Shown here: in pieces, positions 62,691 through 64,000 of the stretch
How positions within the stretch are numbered: position 1 is the stretch's first letter
Layout of the letters: each line of letters starts with the position of its first letter
DNA from: Malacoraja senta
Taxonomy: Eukaryota
Assembly (NCBI GenBank): GCA_038087875.1
Contig: CM075981.1
Span: 17,484,001 to 17,548,000 of the forward strand
Direction of reading: 5' to 3'
Length of the DNA: 64,000 nucleotides
The notes under the pieces: generated by a model
What the model saw: only the letters and a program-made list of their open reading frames with translations
Database searches by the model: none
What the model was told of the DNA's origin: nothing
Program-made: the position numbers and the translations under genes

Positions 62691-63019
62691 AGTAATGCAG
62701 AAAAACAAAACTTAATTTGTACCGGCATTGTTTACTTCCCTTTGCAGCGATTCGATATCTATGAACAAACCAAATAGAATGAAAATATACATTTCAACGC
62801 TGCCCCGATGTATATGATCGTAACACATACCGAAATAATCCCAGCGGCATGCAACAATTCCACATATTATCACGCGCCCTATTTCGTACAACAGCCCGTG
62901 AGCTAGTATAGATATCGAGTAAGAAGAGGAATCAACATTTGCGTACGTTCCCAGTCACCCATATAATCTAATCGTTCCTTTCATCATCTTTAGTCAGATA
63001 TTAGATACATTTAGCCCTG

Positions 63020-63600
63020 GTGAGGCAACTTCTGGTGTATTGTTTGTAGTTTTGTTCTCCAAATTTGAGGAAGGACATTCATTCTATTGAGGGAGCGCAG
63101 CGTAGGTTCACGAGCATAATTCTCGGGATGGCGAGCCTGTCATATGTTGAAAGACTGGAGCGGCTAGGATTGATTACAGTGTAATTTAGTACTATGAGAG
63201 CGGATCTTATTGAAACATTTAAGATTATTAAGGGTTGGACACGCTAGAGGCAGGAAACATGTTCCCGATGCTGGGGGAGACCAGAACCAGGGGCTATAGT
63301 TTGTGAATAAAGGGAAGGCCATTTAGAACGGAGATGAGGACAAACTTTTTAACCCAGAGAGTTGTGAATCTGTGGAATTTTCTTCCTCCGAAGGCAGTGG
63401 AGGACGATTTTCGGGATGCTTTCAAGAGAGAGTTAGATAGCGCACTTAAAGTTAGCGGAGTCAAGGGATATGGGGAGAAGGCAGGAACAGGGTACTGATT
63501 GTGGATGATCAGCCTTGATCACAATTAATTGTGCCGCTGGCTCGAAGGGCTGCATGGCCTACCCCTTCACCTATTTGTTATTGTATATTGTCTATTTTCT
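63020..63600 (+). mobile_element. CR1 3' end
   Basis: ccaaatttgaggaaggac..gaaacatgttcccgatg..3'UTR, tattgtctatt tail. Confidence 0.9.
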
Positions 63601-64000
63601 ATTGAAACATGTGGATATCAAAAACATACCTGCATTGCTGAAAATCTAGCGCAATGAAGACTATGTTTGTCCTTTTTAATTTCAGAGTACATTTGCCTAC
63701 ATTTCTCAATCATTTAGCATTGGTAATAAATAGAGTATTTGGAGAGGAAAGCTCATTTTTTTCCTTTGGGAAGCGTCAGCACTCGCAACGAAATAATTAA
63801 TATAATTTGATTCCATTCTCTGCATTACCCCCCTGAATTTATCACAATAATATTTCGGATTGTGTAGTAAAAGGACACGATACAGATTATTCATAAGAAC
63901 AGTATTGCACGTGTATTCATGTGCCTACCAGAAGGAAAATGGCAGTTTAATTTCTCACCTGCAACTTTGACCCCATCCAGGGAGTTTAATCTAATTACGT

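Noticed and set aside
62700-64000. Unique-looking stretches around the last CR1
   Set aside because: No motif or ORF I could support.

Overview
This is eukaryotic, repeat-saturated vertebrate DNA, most likely from a cartilaginous fish (skate/ray-type repeats: esterase-ORF1 CR1 LINEs, HE1-like tRNA SINEs, Penelope-type hairpins). There is no intact host gene. About three quarters of the window is nested mobile DNA: many CR1 copies of different ages, a DIRS1-type tyrosine-recombinase retrotransposon with ITRs and ICR, two Gypsy elements with both LTRs, an ERV-L-like retroviral fragment, a long-TIR non-autonomous DNA element, L2/Rex-like fragments and four assembly gaps. The main hidden signal is in the AT-rich spacers between the transposons. 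Read on the minus strand and joined, they give a heavily decayed, co-linear, apparently intron-less RNF213 (mysterin)-like coding sequence: stalk, AAA+ modules, E3 back, RING, RZ finger and C-terminal domain over ~36.9 kb to ~0.5 kb, with a possible N-arm at 53-55 kb. All protein similarities were judged by eye against remembered family sequences and need a real alignment.
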